A stretch of DNA of 47,581 bases from Lachnoclostridium sp. UBA1781 (GTDB taxonomy: Bacteria > Bacillota > Clostridia > Lachnospirales > Lachnospiraceae). Under the pieces are notes generated by a model. The model saw only the letters and a program-made list of their open reading frames with translations, made no database searches and was not told the DNA's origin. This document shows positions 45,582-47,581 of this stretch, piece after piece; within the stretch, counting starts at the first letter, position 1; the number at the start of each line of letters is the position of its first letter. The stretch covers positions 1-47,581 of the forward strand of contig DCGJ01000018.1 of the NCBI GenBank assembly GCA_002315495.1, given 5' to 3'. Made by a program: the position numbers and the translations under genes.

Positions 45582-46952
45582 TTACAAGGTGTTTAATTCT
45601 TCATGATAGGTTTTTCTAAGAAATACCAGTGTAATGCCAAGCGACATCAGCTCTGCGATTGGGAAGCACCACCAAATCAGGTTAAGCCCTCCGATTTTCG
45701 CAAGAATAAATGCGGCTGGAAGCAACACCACCAGCTGACGGGCAATGGACACATACATACTAAAGGATGCCTTTCCAATCGATTGAAATAAGCTTCCTGT
45801 AACGATACAAAACCAGGCGATCAGATAATGAACACCAATGACACGAAGTGCCTTACATCCAATCCTTAACATCTCATCTGACGCATCAAAGATCAAAAGC
45901 AGTTTGTCCGGGACAAGCTCAAATGCAACGAATCCAAGCGCAGTAAATATAAATGCAATGATATAACCATATCGCAAAGTATTGGTCATACGGCTCTTCT
46001 TTCTCGCTCCGTAATTGTAGGATAGAATCGGAATCAAGCCATTATTCAGTCCAAATACCGGCATAAAAAAGAAGCTTTGAAGTTTAAAATAGACGCCAAA
46101 TACCGCTGTACCGGTCGTGGAAAGACCCATCAGAATCGAATTCATTCCACCGGTCATAACAGAGCCTATCGACTGCATTACGATAGATGGCAATCCTATA
46201 CGATAGATGTTTCCAATAATTCGGGAATCCGGTCCGAAGCCACGAATCGACACGCGAACGTCGGTATTTACTTTGTGATTAAACAAAAATGCGACAAAGC
46301 CTGCAACAAACTGTCCAATGACCGTTGCGATTGCGGCACCTTTTATTCCCATAGCAGGTGCACCAAAATAGCCAAAAATCAAAATCGGATCAAGAACAAT
46401 ATTTATAATCGCACCGATACTCTGGGAAAACATCGTATATAACGTTCGTCCTGTCGACTGCAATATACGTTCAAACACAAACTGCATATACATACCGAAC
46501 GAGAAAATCATTACGATGGAAAGATAATCCACACCATAATTATAGATTCGCGTCTGCGCAGCGGTCGTTTGCAGGGAATAAAATGGCTTTACTACCGTAA
46601 GTCCGGCAATCATAGTTAAAATCGCACTTAATACGAACACAAACACACCGTTATTCGCAACACGATTTGCAAGGTTATGATCTTTTTCACCCAACGCGCG
46701 GGAAACCAGTGCATTTACACCAACACCGGTACCTGCTCCCACAGCAATCATCAAAGTCTGAAGCGGAAATGCAAGCGATACGGCTGTCAGAGCATCCTCG
46801 TGTACGCGAGATACAAATACACTGTCTACAATGTTATACATAGCCTGAACCAACATCGAAATCATCATCGGTAACGACATATTAATCAGAAGACGTCCTT
46901 CCGGCATAACACCCATTTTATTTTCTACGATTCTGTTCTGATTTTGTTCCAT
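45582..46952 (-). CDS. MATE-family efflux transporter
   Basis: About 12 hydrophobic segments. The N-terminal MATE signature is LINMSLPMMISMLVQAMYNIVDSVFVSRV. The start is set at the ATG at 46952 (AAAGGAAGG SD). The track start at 46997 is a GTG. Confidence 0.85.
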   Translation of the reverse strand: MEQNQNRIVENKMGVMPEGRLLINMSLPMMISMLVQAMYNIVDSVFVSRVHEDALTAVSLAFPLQTLMIAVGAGTGVGVNALVSRALGEKDHNLANRVANNGVFVFVLSAILTMIAGLTVVKPFYSLQTTAAQTRIYNYGVDYLSIVMIFSFGMYMQFVFERILQSTGRTLYTMFSQSIGAIINIVLDPILIFGYFGAPAMGIKGAAIATVIGQFVAGFVAFLFNHKVNTDVRVSIRGFGPDSRIIGNIYRIGLPSIVMQSIGSVMTGGMNSILMGLSTTGTAVFGVYFKLQSFFFMPVFGLNNGLIPILSYNYGARKKSRMTNTLRYGYIIAFIFTALGFVAFELVPDKLLLIFDASDEMLRIGCKALRVIGVHYLIAWFCIVTGSLFQSIGKASFSMYVSIARQLVVLLPAAFILAKIGGLNLIWWCFPIAELMSLGITLVFLRKTYHEELNTL

Positions 46953-47099
46953 TGCGCCTTCCTTTCGTCCAATCACCCGAATATTGAAATCTCTCACTCA
47001 TTTTTACAATTCAAACCTTCCGCATCATATCATAATCCATATCGGTTTACTATTCGCAGATTATATGAAAATACCCGGTTTTTCCGCATTTTCCTTGCA

Positions 47100-47140
47100 A
47101 AAAGGCACAAGAAAACGGACCGGTCAAACGACCGGTCCGT
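47100..47140 (-). terminator. Intrinsic terminator downstream of tpiA
   Basis: On the minus strand an 11-bp stem ACGGACCGGTC-GTTT-GACCGGTCCGT is followed by TTTTCTTGTGCCTTTTT. Confidence 0.75.
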
Positions 47141-47162
47141 CTATCATCAGGTATCGATTGAA

Positions 47163-47581
47163 TTAAGCGTTTACAATCTTGCCGAAATCCGGCTTAAGTG
47201 CAGCGCCACCGATCAAACCACCATCGATGTTGTCCTTAGAAAGGAGCTCTGCTGCATTTGCTGCGTTCATGGAACCGCCGTACTGAATACGAACAGCCTC
47301 TGCAGTAGGTGCATCATACATCTCAGCAATGGTCTCACGGATCATCTTGCAAACTTCCTCAGCCTGGTCAGCGGTAGCAGTCTCGCCGGTACCGATAGCC
47401 CAGATTGGCTCGTAAGCAATAACGAGTTCCTTAACCTGATCAGCAGTAATACCGCTGAGATCCCAGGTAATCTGTCTCTTAATCCACTCAGCATAGGTGC
47501 CTGCCTTACGAAGCGCAAGGGACTCACCGCAGCAAAGGATTGGCTTAAGGCCAGCGGCAAATGCCTTCTTAACCTTAGCAT
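47163..47581 (-). CDS. tpiA: Triosephosphate isomerase, C-terminal part; gene runs off the right edge
   Basis: The in-frame minus-strand translation across the whole interval reads [21 protein letters not shown]...[25 protein letters not shown]...[16 protein letters not shown]...[13 protein letters not shown]. This contains the TIM active-site [11 protein letters not shown] motif. The track lists only the part after an internal Met. Confidence 0.9.
   Translation of the reverse strand, partial: AKVKKAFAAGLKPILCCGESLALRKAGTYAEWIKRQITWDLSGITADQVKELVIAYEPIWAIGTGETATADQAEEVCKMIRETIAEMYDAPTAEAVRIQYGGSMNAANAAELLSKDNIDGGLIGGAALKPDFGKIVNA

Noticed and set aside
47342-47581. 79-aa minus-strand ORF at the right edge
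   Set aside because: It is out of frame with, and fully inside, the triosephosphate isomerase coding sequence. The tpiA frame reads continuously through [11 protein letters not shown].

Overview
This 47.6-kb segment looks like core chromosome of a Firmicute of the class Clostridia, probably Lachnospiraceae-like. That placement is an inference from AddAB (not RecBCD), strong GGAGG-type Shine-Dalgarno sites, a cdaA-cdaR module and overall gene content. I call 37 protein-coding genes, 34 on the minus strand and 3 on the plus strand. I also call one candidate 6S-like ncRNA with its own promoter and terminator, about a dozen intrinsic terminators or hairpins, several sigma-A-like promoters, and one in-frame tandem-repeat tract. 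Housekeeping genes dominate: dut, an M18 aminopeptidase, purB, hslO, xylB, addB-addA, guaB, glnS, clpX, htrA and tpiA. I found no tRNA, rRNA, CRISPR array, transposase, integrase, prophage or recognisable defence-system gene, so this is not a classic accessory island. The ORF track uses GTG/TTG as alternative starts, and for several genes I moved the start to an internal ATG with a good SD. The unusual content is cyclic-dinucleotide signalling. There are two paralogous HTH-less LacI/PBP1-type sugar-binding-domain-GGDEF fusions, with GGDEI and GGDEL motifs, and one HD-GYP protein. The cdaA-cdaR (c-di-AMP synthase) module is not followed by glmM. It sits inside a tight seven-gene minus-strand string: two acidic-tailed membrane proteins, cdaA, cdaR, an HPr paralog, glf and a PBP1-GGDEF gene. 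That string is my best candidate for something undescribed, but the operon structure and any functional coupling are inference only. All family assignments come from motif recognition by eye; no HMM or BLAST search was possible.
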